Below are positions 9,400-18,036 of a stretch of 32,000 bases of DNA, piece after piece (position 1 is the stretch's first letter; every line of letters begins with the position of its first letter). The stretch lies in NCBI RefSeq assembly GCF_018398935.1, contig NZ_CP074694.1, positions 1,800,001 through 1,832,000 of the forward strand. Direction: 5' to 3'. The notes beneath the pieces were generated by a model. That model saw only the letters and a program-made list of their open reading frames with translations. It was not told the origin of the DNA and ran no database searches. The DNA comes from Telmatocola sphagniphila. GTDB lineage: Bacteria; Planctomycetota; Planctomycetia; Gemmatales; Gemmataceae. Made by a program: the position numbers and the translations under genes.

Positions 9400-9428
9400 A
9401 TTATAACCAAGTGCCCAATAATGGACAA
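9400..9428 (-). promoter_or_regulatory. Candidate sigma70-type promoter for ftsH
   Basis: The minus strand reads TTGTCC (9428-9423), a 17-nt spacer, then a perfect TATAAT (9405-9400), about 58 nt upstream of the ftsH ATG. It sits in an AT-rich divergent intergenic region. Confidence 0.3.
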
Positions 9429-9493
9429 AAGAATCGCCGAGCTTCGTTGTGCATTTCCGGGTGAGCTTCGCTCCGCAGAATGGGCCCTTTAAA

Positions 9494-10192
9494 ATGAAAA
9501 CGATCGATATCAATGCCGATCTGGGAGAGGGCGAGAGTTCCGACGAAGAAGTTCTGGAACTGGTCTCCTCGGCCAATATCGCTTGCGGCTATCATGCGGG
9601 TTCGGCCGAGTTGATGGCCCGCACGATTGGAACCGCCCTATTTCGCAATGTCGCGATCGGAGCCCATCCCGGCTATAACGATCCGACCAACTTCGGTCGA
9701 GTCGAGCTGCAACTGCCGATTCGCATTGTGAAGGCGGAGTTGCTCTATCAGATTGGGGCTTTAAAAACACTCGCCGAGGCGGTCGGAACCTCCGTGAAAT
9801 ACATCAAACCGCACGGGGCTTTGTACAATCAGGCCTGCCGAATTCCCGAACTCGCGGAGGCGGTCGCAATGGTCGCGGAGACTGTGAAACTGCCCGTTCT
9901 GGCCCTCCCGCAATCGGAATTGGAAAAAGCCTGTCGCGATCGGGTGCCGTTTTTTCGAGAAGGCTTTGCGGATCGCCGGTACGATGACCGGGGCCAACTG
10001 GTTCCGCGCTCCCGAAGCGACGCATTTATCACCGACCCTGCGGTGGCCGTTGAGCAGGCCCTTCGCTTGATCGAACAGCAAGGAATTCATTCGATTTGCA
10101 TTCACGGCGATAATCCGCAAGCGGTGCAATTTGCCCGTTCGATTCGAACTTCCCTGGAGCGAGCGGGCTATCAGATCCGATCTTTCGCATGA
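9494..10192 (+). CDS. pxpA: 5-oxoprolinase subunit A (LamB/YcsF family)
   Basis: The product begins MKTIDINADLGEG...ANIACGYHAG, the family-typical N-terminus, and is colinear throughout. ATG 9494 is preferred over the upstream ATG 9449. Confidence 0.85.
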   Translation: MKTIDINADLGEGESSDEEVLELVSSANIACGYHAGSAELMARTIGTALFRNVAIGAHPGYNDPTNFGRVELQLPIRIVKAELLYQIGALKTLAEAVGTSVKYIKPHGALYNQACRIPELAEAVAMVAETVKLPVLALPQSELEKACRDRVPFFREGFADRRYDDRGQLVPRSRSDAFITDPAVAVEQALRLIEQQGIHSICIHGDNPQAVQFARSIRTSLERAGYQIRSFA

Positions 10193-11016
10193 CGCATATT
10201 CAGATCCTGCAACCGGGCACCTTCTCGCAATGGGTGAGTTCAACAGAAACGGGCTTGCGGCGCTACGGCATACCAGTGGGCGGACCGGCCGATGCCATAT
10301 CGTATGCTTTCGCTAATGCTCTGGTGGGTAATCCAAGTGAAGCCGAAGTCCTGGAAGTCGCCCTCTCGGGCCCTCGCCTGCTTTTCGAGGCCGATCATAT
10401 GGTCGCATGGGTGGGTGCTGAGGCCAAAATCGAATGCGAGGGCCAGGTGATTCCGGGAAATGCCACGCAATTTGTCCGGGCGGGACAAAGTCTAAACATC
10501 GGTCGATTGCGAAACGGGTTTCGAGGTTACTTAGCAGTGGCGGCCCGGGAGGGCTCGCCAAATCAAGTGCTTCGAAAAAGCCTCAATCCGGAGTGGCTGG
10601 GGCACCTGTCGAATTCAGTTCTGCGTGTGCTCCCCGGCCCGCAAGCCGCTTGGTTCGAAGAAATGGCCATTGAGCAGCAATTTGAGGTGACCGCGAACAT
10701 CAATCGCATGGGGGTGCGATTGGAGGGTCCTAAATTGTTCCGGGCCCCGGGAGAGTTAGTGTCAGAAGCGATCAGCCCCGGGGCGATCCAGGTGACAAAT
10801 GAAGGCCAGTGCATCATCATCGGGGTCGATGGTCAAACGATTGGAGGCTACCCGAAAATCGCCCATGTCATCGCGGCCGATCTGCCGAAAATCGGGCAAC
10901 TGCCGCCTGGCCAGAAGATTCGATTTCAATGCGTTCGTCTGGAGGAAGCCGAAGTGTTCTGGGACGAGGAGGAAATGCAGCTGCGGAAGCGAGTCTTGAG
11001 AATTCGATTCGGCTAA
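10189..11016 (+). CDS. pxpC: 5-oxoprolinase subunit C / biotin-dependent carboxyltransferase family (KipA, allophanate hydrolase subunit 2-like)
   Basis: Colinear with E. coli PxpC as I recall it: IPVGGPADAISYAFANALVGN, LEVALSGP, LRVLPGPQ, NRMGVRLEG, GAIQV, GGYPKIA. The start ATG overlaps the pxpA stop (ATGA). At 275 aa it is somewhat short. Confidence 0.8.
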   Translation: MTHIQILQPGTFSQWVSSTETGLRRYGIPVGGPADAISYAFANALVGNPSEAEVLEVALSGPRLLFEADHMVAWVGAEAKIECEGQVIPGNATQFVRAGQSLNIGRLRNGFRGYLAVAAREGSPNQVLRKSLNPEWLGHLSNSVLRVLPGPQAAWFEEMAIEQQFEVTANINRMGVRLEGPKLFRAPGELVSEAISPGAIQVTNEGQCIIIGVDGQTIGGYPKIAHVIAADLPKIGQLPPGQKIRFQCVRLEEAEVFWDEEEMQLRKRVLRIRFG

Positions 11017-11072
11017 GCAATTTTCCGCTCTCTTGACGAACCTGCTTCGCCGATATATCTCTTATACATAGC

Positions 11073-11146
11073 GGACGATTAGCTCAGTTGGCTAGAGTAC
11101 TACATTGACATTGTAGGGGTCACTGGTTCAAATCCAGTATCGTCCA
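11073..11146 (+). tRNA. tRNA-Val (anticodon GAC)
   Basis: Manual cloverleaf: acceptor GGACGAT/ATCGTCC, D arm GCTC-AGTTGGCTA-GAGT, anticodon arm CTACA-TTGACAT-TGTAG, T arm ACTGG-TTCAAAT-CCAGT, discriminator A. CCA is not encoded. Confidence 0.9.
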
Positions 11147-11190
11147 TTTTTTCCAATCTGAAAGCCCAATTAACCACCATTTATCCCGGC

Positions 11191-11222
11191 GGATTCTGAT
11201 GTCCTAAAGGCCATCAGAATCC
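11191..11222. terminator. Strong hairpin between tRNA-Val and the convergent small membrane-protein gene (possible bidirectional terminator or processing site)
   Basis: Perfect 11-bp stem GGATTCTGATG / CATCAGAATCC with a 10-nt loop that contains the minus-strand stop codon (11204-11206). There is only a weak T-rich tail (GGGTTATTT) on the plus side. Confidence 0.35.
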
Positions 11223-11518
11223 GGGTTATTTCCCTTCGGAAGGGAAGTTTCCCCTTCGCTCTTTTTCTTCGCCAACACGTATCGGACGAACGAGCCGAGT
11301 CCCGCGAACTTATAGCCCGGGTCAACGTAATGTTCGATCACATAAAAGGCGAAGTAATAAGCCCGGGCAAACGACCAGATGGCAATGAGTTGCAGGAGAG
11401 CTACTTCCCAACTCGGGTGAAGAACGAGCAAGATCGCAAAAGCCATAGTTCCCGTCATAACGAACAAGAGTCCTTTCGCATACAAAAGCCGTTTGCTCTG
11501 GATATCGCCGAACATCAT
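11204..11518 (-). CDS. Small integral membrane protein, unknown function
   Basis: Two to three hydrophobic helices (LLFVMTGTMAFAILLVL, ALLQLIAIWSFARAYYFAFYVI). GGAG sits 5 nt upstream of ATG 11518. The longer ORF-track start at 11647 would overlap the upstream gene by 55 nt. Confidence 0.5.
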   Translation of the reverse strand: MMFGDIQSKRLLYAKGLLFVMTGTMAFAILLVLHPSWEVALLQLIAIWSFARAYYFAFYVIEHYVDPGYKFAGLGSFVRYVLAKKKSEGETSLPKGNNPDSDGL

Positions 11519-11592
11519 CGGTCTCCGGTTCGGTTCTAATAAATTCACCGTAGCAGAGCAGTTTAACCGGAGATGCGGAATTGACGTAGCGT

Positions 11593-12054
11593 TTATTCCG
11601 AAATGGGTAAGGACGTGGGATTTTCGGCGATCAGATAATCGTCGCATTTCATTTGAATCGAGATCGCATGGTCCCCGGCATTAAAGTTGATTGAGGCGTT
11701 ACTCATCAGCAGCGGTTCGACAGTGGTAGGCAGATTAAAAAGGCTCCCAAACGGGGGAATCGATCCCGGCAATAGCCCGGTGAGTTCGAGAACTTCTTCG
11801 CGACTGGCGAAGCGGATCGATTTGGCTTTGAAGGCTTTTTTGACCGCTTTGGAATCGAGCTTGCGATCGGCGGGCAGGACAAAAAGTTGGAATCGGTCAT
11901 CGACTTTGACGACGAGGGCTTTTGCTCCGCTGGCGAGGGAAGTGCCTCGCACGCGAGCGGCCTCTTCACTGGTGAAAACCGGTTCGTGACGATCGACCGA
12001 GAAGGGGATCCCCTTCTCGGTCAGCAGATTTTGGATTTTTTCAAATACGGTCAT
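11593..12054 (-). CDS. YbaK/ProX-type aminoacyl-tRNA trans-editing (deacylase) domain protein
   Basis: The 153-aa single-domain protein has the family pattern ...GAKALVVKVDDRFQLFVLPADRKLD.KAVKK...L.GL.PGSIPPFG...INFNAG. Its ATG overlaps the upstream stop (TAATG). Confidence 0.75.
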   Translation of the reverse strand: MTVFEKIQNLLTEKGIPFSVDRHEPVFTSEEAARVRGTSLASGAKALVVKVDDRFQLFVLPADRKLDSKAVKKAFKAKSIRFASREEVLELTGLLPGSIPPFGSLFNLPTTVEPLLMSNASINFNAGDHAISIQMKCDDYLIAENPTSLPISE

Positions 12055-13688
12055 TAGTCGACTTTGCCCACGGTGCTCATTTTCACGAAGAATTTGATGA
12101 GAGTTCCCTTCATGCTGAATTTCAGACGGATCTTGTCGCCGCCCTCGAAATTCAAGGAGATCTTATCGCTCCCCGGTTTCTGATCGAACACTTCTTTGGC
12201 AAATTTCTCGGCCGCTTTGCGCTCGGTCTCTTTTTCGAAAGTCCGCACCAGGGCCTTCACACCGACTTCCAGCTTCATGGGAACGGCCTCCACCGCCTGA
12301 GCCCCCAGTGCGGCCTTCACGGCCTTATTGGCATCGGGCCCGATGGAAGCGATCAGAAAGTCATTCTTAAAAGCGAACCATAGGCTCGATTCACCGAGTA
12401 CCCTCTTGGCGTTGGCATCCAGCGAGGAGCCGACTTTCAATTCGTGCAGATTAACGTCTCCGACTTTCTCGGCGTCGAGATTGACGAGAGACCTGACATC
12501 GGCGGGCGCTTTGGCGGCGGCCTCTTTCAAAGCCGCTTCGATTTCTTTGCCGTTGATCGTCTTGATCGCGAAGCTGGCTGTCAATTTCCCATCCGAAGTG
12601 GGTTGAACTCCGATCGCCCAATCCACGATTCCCGATTTCAGGGTGGGCATTACCGCTTTGAAGATTTTTTCGGCTTCCATGCGCTGCTCGGGCGGTCCTT
12701 TTTGCAAAGCGTCCGCCATGGCTTTGTCCATCCCGAGGCTTACCGCTTCCTTAAGGACGTCCGGCAATGTGAAATTCATGTTGAAGTAAATGGGGCTCTT
12801 GCTGTCCACGGCGGCTCCCGACCAGCTGAGCTTGTTCTTGAGTGAACCCGCGTACTTGGCCAGGGCGGAATCTTTCAAAGGTTCAATTTCGAAGGCCAGA
12901 CTTAGATCGTCCGTTTTCGAATCGGCATCCAGTTTCAAGCGGACAGCCTGGGCTTCATTCAAGAACTGCTTGACCGACGCAGTCACCTGATCGATGGCCT
13001 GTTCCTTCAGCTTGTGCATCTCGGGAGTTTCGTTCGGTTCTTTTTTCTTCTTGGCTTCCGCCAGGGCCGTTTCGAACTGACCCAGGAAGAGTTTCTTGAG
13101 CATATCCGGGATATTGGAAGGTTGCACCGAAACGCTGATCAGTGAGCTGTCTTTGAGCAGGATCTGTTCGGGTTTGGGAAGCAGCTTGCTGGAAAGGTTG
13201 TTCTTATCCGGGGCCGAGACATAGAGATAGCCATTCGCAAAACGGGCATGCACTTCCACCGGTACGTTGGGAATGCTGAAAGTGAGAATGCCCTCCTTAT
13301 CTTTCTTGGGTTCAATTCCCAGACGGTTGCTCAGCATTGTCTGAAAGCTCGCTTCATCGGCGATGGGCAGCATAACGGCAAAAGGCATCGTTTGGCCATC
13401 GGACGAAACGCCCGCGTAGACCAAAAACGGCTTCTTGATGTCCACCCCTTCTAGGCCCTTGGCCCCCGCCATCGAACGGACCAGTCCCAGGACCTGTTTG
13501 CCTTCCTCTTCTTTGCCCGCTAATCCGGCGATATACTCCGCACGATTCAGAATTTCTTCGATCGATTGCAATTGAACGAGCAGGATCGGCTTTTCGAGAG
13601 GATTATCTTCTGCCCGGGCTGCGACGGAACTGGTGAGCCCCAGCAGCATTACCATCAGACATTTCAGGCAATTCAGCCAATTACGCAT
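12054..13688 (-). CDS. Secreted Lys/Ala/Glu-rich protein of unknown function
   Basis: Signal peptide MRNWLNCLKCLMVMLLGLTSSVAARA-ED. GGAGG sits 5 nt upstream of ATG 13688. The long clean ORF has coding-like composition. The ORF-track start 13775 would run into the upstream terminator. Confidence 0.6.
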   Translation of the reverse strand: MRNWLNCLKCLMVMLLGLTSSVAARAEDNPLEKPILLVQLQSIEEILNRAEYIAGLAGKEEEGKQVLGLVRSMAGAKGLEGVDIKKPFLVYAGVSSDGQTMPFAVMLPIADEASFQTMLSNRLGIEPKKDKEGILTFSIPNVPVEVHARFANGYLYVSAPDKNNLSSKLLPKPEQILLKDSSLISVSVQPSNIPDMLKKLFLGQFETALAEAKKKKEPNETPEMHKLKEQAIDQVTASVKQFLNEAQAVRLKLDADSKTDDLSLAFEIEPLKDSALAKYAGSLKNKLSWSGAAVDSKSPIYFNMNFTLPDVLKEAVSLGMDKAMADALQKGPPEQRMEAEKIFKAVMPTLKSGIVDWAIGVQPTSDGKLTASFAIKTINGKEIEAALKEAAAKAPADVRSLVNLDAEKVGDVNLHELKVGSSLDANAKRVLGESSLWFAFKNDFLIASIGPDANKAVKAALGAQAVEAVPMKLEVGVKALVRTFEKETERKAAEKFAKEVFDQKPGSDKISLNFEGGDKIRLKFSMKGTLIKFFVKMSTVGKVD

Positions 13689-13773
13689 TGTGGCCTCCAA
13701 ATGAGAACGAGACTGTCTGAAAGATCTACTTATGCCCGGAAGCGAAAGTGTCAAAAACTTTGCGGGAATGGTC

Positions 13774-13812
13774 AAAAAATGAGTCCCAGACTGACCTTCG
13801 CGTCAATCTGGG
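13774..13812 (-). terminator. Rho-independent terminator after the cytochrome gene
   Basis: The minus strand reads CCCAGATTGAC-GCGAAG-GTCAGTCTGGG, an 11-bp stem with one G-U pair, followed by ACTCATTTTTT. It lies 29 nt after the stop at 13841. Confidence 0.5.
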
Positions 13813-13840
13813 CAATTGGAGTAGCCGGATTTTCTAACCG

Positions 13841-15634
13841 TCAGGGGGCCGACGTTTTTGCGGGAGCGGGTTTGAAGGTGTGCGCCACCTTCGGCCAGTA
13901 TTTTTCCAACTGGTAGTGCGGGTCGTTGTCGATATCGTGGCACTTCATGCACATCTGATCGACCCGCATGAAAACCTTGTATTCTTGAGCGGTGAGCACA
14001 TCGCTCAGACTGGCCCCATCGGCGATCTTTTTAATCTTCTCCAGGCTGGGCATGGAGCCGACGCCGTTGGTTTTCCAGGGGGTCAGATATTCCAGAGCTA
14101 CGCGGGGAATTTTTTGTCCCGCGGCGATCTTGGTCTCTTCCGCCACATGCTCGCTGGCGGGGCCGTGACAGTTCTCGCATCCGACGTTGAGTAGCTGCGG
14201 TTGTTTCACCGCATCGCTAAATCCAGTTTTGTATTCGAAGCCGACCGTGTGGCAGACGATGCAATCCGGGTCGTAATTGCGCCCGGTCGGTCGCACCGCT
14301 TTTTCCAATGCGGAATAGGCAATGCTATGCGCCCGACCATTTTCATTCAGCTTGATGTATTGTTGCCACTGCTGCGGATGGCAAGCCTGGCAGGAAGCGC
14401 TGCCCGCGTAAGCCGCGGTTCTCAACTGCAGTTGAACCGGATGTGCGACTTTGGGATACTGAGCCAGGAAGTTCGATTTTTTCACTTCGTCCGCATATTT
14501 TTGCAAAACCGCAAGGGTCGGATTACTCTCATCCTTTCCCTTGGCCGTTTCGTATTCGGGCATCAGAATCGCGAGCTGATAGTAGAGCTTCGGCGGACCA
14601 TTTTTCTGTTTGTAGATGCCCACCACACCGACCTGCTGGCCGCGATGGCCGACCTGAATCAGCATGGTATTCTCGACCATTGTGGGAATGGCCGGTGGTA
14701 CCGCTTCATCCGAGCGGCAGACGATCACATCGAACATGTTCGGGATCGCTTTGGCAACCACTTCCGCCAGTTTCAAGCTGCTGGTGTACTGGGGCGTATT
14801 GATTTTCGTGACGTCATCGCTGTCATTGAAGAGTAAGACTTTGACGTCGGCTTTCTTTTTGTCCATCTCTTTTACGGCGTCCTGAACCAACTTCGGATTC
14901 GCCCTTCCGCCTTGCACGAACTCGATTCGAGAATCGAGAGTCTGAATCTGCGGCATCAGATTCTTGCCAATCAGGGACGTCACGCCGACGTTAACTTCCG
15001 CCTTTTTATAAACATTCAGAGGCGTCAGAATCCCGGGAGGAAAGTTGGCAATCCCCATATTCAGAGAGAGAACTTCGGGAAATTGGTTGTTCGGCTGTAG
15101 AGTATACGCGGCCAGACCTTCCTGAAGCGGCAGGCTAATTTCTTCCTTGCCGATACCCACCGCTTTGTAATCCATGATTTTCATCGACTGCATGGTGGTG
15201 GTGTACTTCAGAAGAGCCTGTTCTTTTATGATGGGGCGCTTCACGTGATCGCGATCGTCGGTAATACCTCCCAGATCGATCGGCATCACCGGCCAGCCCT
15301 TGGCTTTCAGGGACTCGATGAAGTTGTAGCGCCGCTCGAGTCCCCCTTTTTGAGGATCGGAGCAGCCGCATTTTTGAAGGTAGGCATGGGTTTGGCCCGT
15401 GATGACCAGTACGAGGTCGGGCTTCGCTTCCGGCCAGTTCAGGAACAGTTGCTGTTTGGTGATGTCGGGGGGATCGGAAACTTCGCCCGCGGCCAGGGTC
15501 GATTCGCCGGAAGTGATATTCACGATTCCAAAAGCCAACGCACTCAACAGGCCGGTGATCATCAGCAGAAGGGAGATCGTCAACCGTCTGGATCGTTGCA
15601 AGCGTGGTTGGTTCAGATCGGAATCCCGCATCAC
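13841..15634 (-). CDS. Membrane-anchored/secreted tetrahaem c-type cytochrome with a large N-terminal non-haem domain
   Basis: Four CxxCH motifs in the C-terminal third: CQACH, CIVCH, CENCH, CMKCH. The pattern CHTVGF...GCENCHGPASEH is typical of multihaem cytochrome c554-like families. There is an N-terminal hydrophobic anchor, and AAGGAG sits 7 nt upstream of the ATG. Confidence 0.8.
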   Translation of the reverse strand: MMRDSDLNQPRLQRSRRLTISLLLMITGLLSALAFGIVNITSGESTLAAGEVSDPPDITKQQLFLNWPEAKPDLVLVITGQTHAYLQKCGCSDPQKGGLERRYNFIESLKAKGWPVMPIDLGGITDDRDHVKRPIIKEQALLKYTTTMQSMKIMDYKAVGIGKEEISLPLQEGLAAYTLQPNNQFPEVLSLNMGIANFPPGILTPLNVYKKAEVNVGVTSLIGKNLMPQIQTLDSRIEFVQGGRANPKLVQDAVKEMDKKKADVKVLLFNDSDDVTKINTPQYTSSLKLAEVVAKAIPNMFDVIVCRSDEAVPPAIPTMVENTMLIQVGHRGQQVGVVGIYKQKNGPPKLYYQLAILMPEYETAKGKDESNPTLAVLQKYADEVKKSNFLAQYPKVAHPVQLQLRTAAYAGSASCQACHPQQWQQYIKLNENGRAHSIAYSALEKAVRPTGRNYDPDCIVCHTVGFEYKTGFSDAVKQPQLLNVGCENCHGPASEHVAEETKIAAGQKIPRVALEYLTPWKTNGVGSMPSLEKIKKIADGASLSDVLTAQEYKVFMRVDQMCMKCHDIDNDPHYQLEKYWPKVAHTFKPAPAKTSAP

Positions 15635-15817
15635 AGTACTCCTTACTTGTTGATATCGCCCCGTTATCTTATCGACGTACGAGGCGGGTAAAGATGAGTG
15701 GAATAAGGAATGTACGTGGGCTCGCGGGAAGTTGTTCTAGCAATGACGATTATGTCATCTGAGTAACTTTCTTTCCGATTCCAAAAACCGGGAATCGCAA
15801 AGAATCGGAACGCGTTT

Positions 15818-17056
15818 TTACTGCCAGCCCCGTTTGCGGAAAAGCACGAAAGCCAGCGAAGCCCAGAGAAATCCGAGCGCGGCACAGGCGGCCAAATTCA
15901 CCCAGTGGTGCGGTTTGATCTGGCTGGTCAGAGTCGCATGGATAATCAGGGGAGCGTGATATTCCAGCGCCATGTAAGGGATGTAAGCGATATTGTTCTG
16001 CTGACACATTAGGAGTGTCAGGGCTACCACAAGCATATAGCAGAGCGCGGCCATGCTGGCGGAGCGCTGCGTTCGGGCCACGCAGGCGAGGGTGATGCCA
16101 ATGCCCAGCGATCCCAGGGCGAGTGTGAACATCGTGAGCCAATAGAACGGATTTTTAAGCACCTGGGGATTGTGAATGCCGGAAAGAATCGTGGCCAGGA
16201 AGACTCCGAACGCCGGGTAAAACATGAACTTGGCGGTGAGTATTTCCAGCGTGTTTGCCGGAGAGAGCGCCTGGGCCAACAGCAGGCCCCGCTCGCGCTC
16301 CTCGCACGTCAGGGAGGGCATCAGATAGACGCAGGTAAAGAATAGAGAAAACATGACTAAGGCCGTGGAGATCGAGGCCCGGGAACTCATCCCGCTGCCG
16401 GTGAGCGGCGTTTCCTTCAATTCCACGATCGGCATCGGCTTTTGCAATTCGGGAGAAAGGGTGGCACTGACGGTCCGATAGCGATCGAACAGTTCCTCGT
16501 AGGCTTTGCGCAACCCCCAAAGGTTGTCGTCCAGAGGCGGCTGGCCCATCTCTTTGGCCCCGTTGAGCCCCGCCTCACTCAACTGTTTAGCCGCCTGGTT
16601 CTGAAAGTAATCGTAGGTTTCCCGCCAGAACCAGCTTTCGTAGACGGCCATGCCCTGCCGGTCATTATTCGGGTGCCAGAGCCAGATGAGATAGCCCGGC
16701 TTGCCCGCGGACTGCGTATTCAATCGGCGAATCTGAATGGCTCCCGTGCCGGTAGGATAGTTCAGCGGTTGATCGGGCTTGCTGTTCGGCTCCATCTGGC
16801 GGATGAAGATAGCGTTTCTCAGTTCGTCCGGAACGGTGTCGCGCAAATGTTGAATCAGACCGTTGTCTTCTTCAAAATCGATGTAGCAGTGATGGATGCC
16901 GCCAAAGAGCGAGAAGCCTTTATCCTCGGCCGGATTGAGGATTGCCAGGAGCAGCGAGGCGGTGATCAACAGCCCCGCCAGAGCCAGACCACCGCGATTG
17001 GTGGCGTGTCTCAGAAATTCCTTGTGCAACAGGGTTTGAAGGATATGCCAACGCAT
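15818..17056 (-). CDS. ABC-2 type transporter permease with a large extracytoplasmic loop
   Basis: One N-terminal TM helix, a loop of about 190 aa, then five helices. The ABC-2 motif EERERGLLLAQALSPANTLEILTAKF is present. It lies directly downstream of the ATPase gene. Confidence 0.75.
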   Translation of the reverse strand: MRWHILQTLLHKEFLRHATNRGGLALAGLLITASLLLAILNPAEDKGFSLFGGIHHCYIDFEEDNGLIQHLRDTVPDELRNAIFIRQMEPNSKPDQPLNYPTGTGAIQIRRLNTQSAGKPGYLIWLWHPNNDRQGMAVYESWFWRETYDYFQNQAAKQLSEAGLNGAKEMGQPPLDDNLWGLRKAYEELFDRYRTVSATLSPELQKPMPIVELKETPLTGSGMSSRASISTALVMFSLFFTCVYLMPSLTCEERERGLLLAQALSPANTLEILTAKFMFYPAFGVFLATILSGIHNPQVLKNPFYWLTMFTLALGSLGIGITLACVARTQRSASMAALCYMLVVALTLLMCQQNNIAYIPYMALEYHAPLIIHATLTSQIKPHHWVNLAACAALGFLWASLAFVLFRKRGWQ

Positions 17057-17092
17057 GAGGGGTGGATCAGAAGTTAGAGATCAGGGTGAAAA

Positions 17093-17947
17093 TCATTCGA
17101 AGGCAGTTCCCGTCAATTTCAGGAAGGTCGAGTGGAAATCGAACTCCCGGGTATGCAACGCTCCGACCCGGCCGAGCTTTAAATTCTCGGCCAGGATGGC
17201 CCGGTCGGAATCCAGATCGAGATTGAAGACTCGTCGCTCCCCGCCGGCCAATATCGTATCCACGACACGCTCGGTGTGTCTTTGGCGGAGGGCCAGTGGC
17301 GTATCCAGGGCCACCAGTTTCCCGGCACATAGAATACCAACTCGGTCGCAAATCGCTTCGACTTCCTGCATGTTGTGCGTCGTCAAAAGGGCCGTGCCCC
17401 CCATCCGAACATGTTCGCGAAGTATGCGGTGGACGATTGCGGCGGAGTGAACGTCGAGGTTGGCGGTCGGCTCATCCAGATAGAGTACGGGCGGTTGGTG
17501 GAGGAGAGCCCGGGCGAGCAACAATTTTTTTCGCATGCCCAGCGAGTAGCCGCGAACGACAACATTCGCCGATTCGGACAATTCGACCTGCTTCAATACT
17601 TCGTCGACCCGATCTTCCGGGACGTTGTACAGGCCCGCGAACAGCATCAGATTGCGGCGGCCGGTGAATTCATCGAAATGGTTATCGCGATCGGGGACGT
17701 AGCCAAACAGCGGTTTCACGTCCGACCACTGCCGCTGCACATCGAACCCGGCCACATAGGCCCGGCCGCTACTGGGCTTGCGCTGACCGATGAGAACGCG
17801 CACCGTACTGCTTTTGCCCGCCCCGTTGGGGCCGAGTAGACCGAACAATTCCCCGCGATAGAGATTCAGGTCGAGGTTATTCACCGCATGGAAATTCCCA
17901 TAGCGGATCGTCAGTCCCTCGAGTTGAATCATTACATCCGGCGACAT
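17093..17947 (-). CDS. ABC transporter ATP-binding protein
   Basis: Walker A GPNGAGKSS, Q-loop, signature-like YSLGMRKKL, Walker B VLYLDEPT, H-loop TTHNM. GGGAG sits 6 nt upstream of the ATG. Confidence 0.9.
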   Translation of the reverse strand: MSPDVMIQLEGLTIRYGNFHAVNNLDLNLYRGELFGLLGPNGAGKSSTVRVLIGQRKPSSGRAYVAGFDVQRQWSDVKPLFGYVPDRDNHFDEFTGRRNLMLFAGLYNVPEDRVDEVLKQVELSESANVVVRGYSLGMRKKLLLARALLHQPPVLYLDEPTANLDVHSAAIVHRILREHVRMGGTALLTTHNMQEVEAICDRVGILCAGKLVALDTPLALRQRHTERVVDTILAGGERRVFNLDLDSDRAILAENLKLGRVGALHTREFDFHSTFLKLTGTAFE

Positions 17948-17966
17948 CAGTACTCCCAGCCTTATC

Positions 17967-17981
17967 GTACTATCCTAGTAC
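17967..17981. promoter_or_regulatory. Perfect inverted repeat upstream of the ABC operon (candidate operator)
   Basis: GTACTA-TCC-TAGTAC lies 20 nt upstream of the ATPase start codon, in the 89-nt spacer after metH. Confidence 0.25.
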
Positions 17982-18036
17982 AGAATTCTCGTGTAGGCGT
18001 TAACTGATTTTGGGCAAAATTTCCTTTCGAACCGAC

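Noticed and set aside
14201-14836. Long ORFs of about 200 aa antisense to the cytochrome, ABC permease and metH genes. These are 14201-14836, 16442-17077, 19945-20565 and 20830-21438.
   Set aside because: Each lies entirely within a confidently identified gene on the other strand and shows antisense-type composition. There is no independent evidence for coding.
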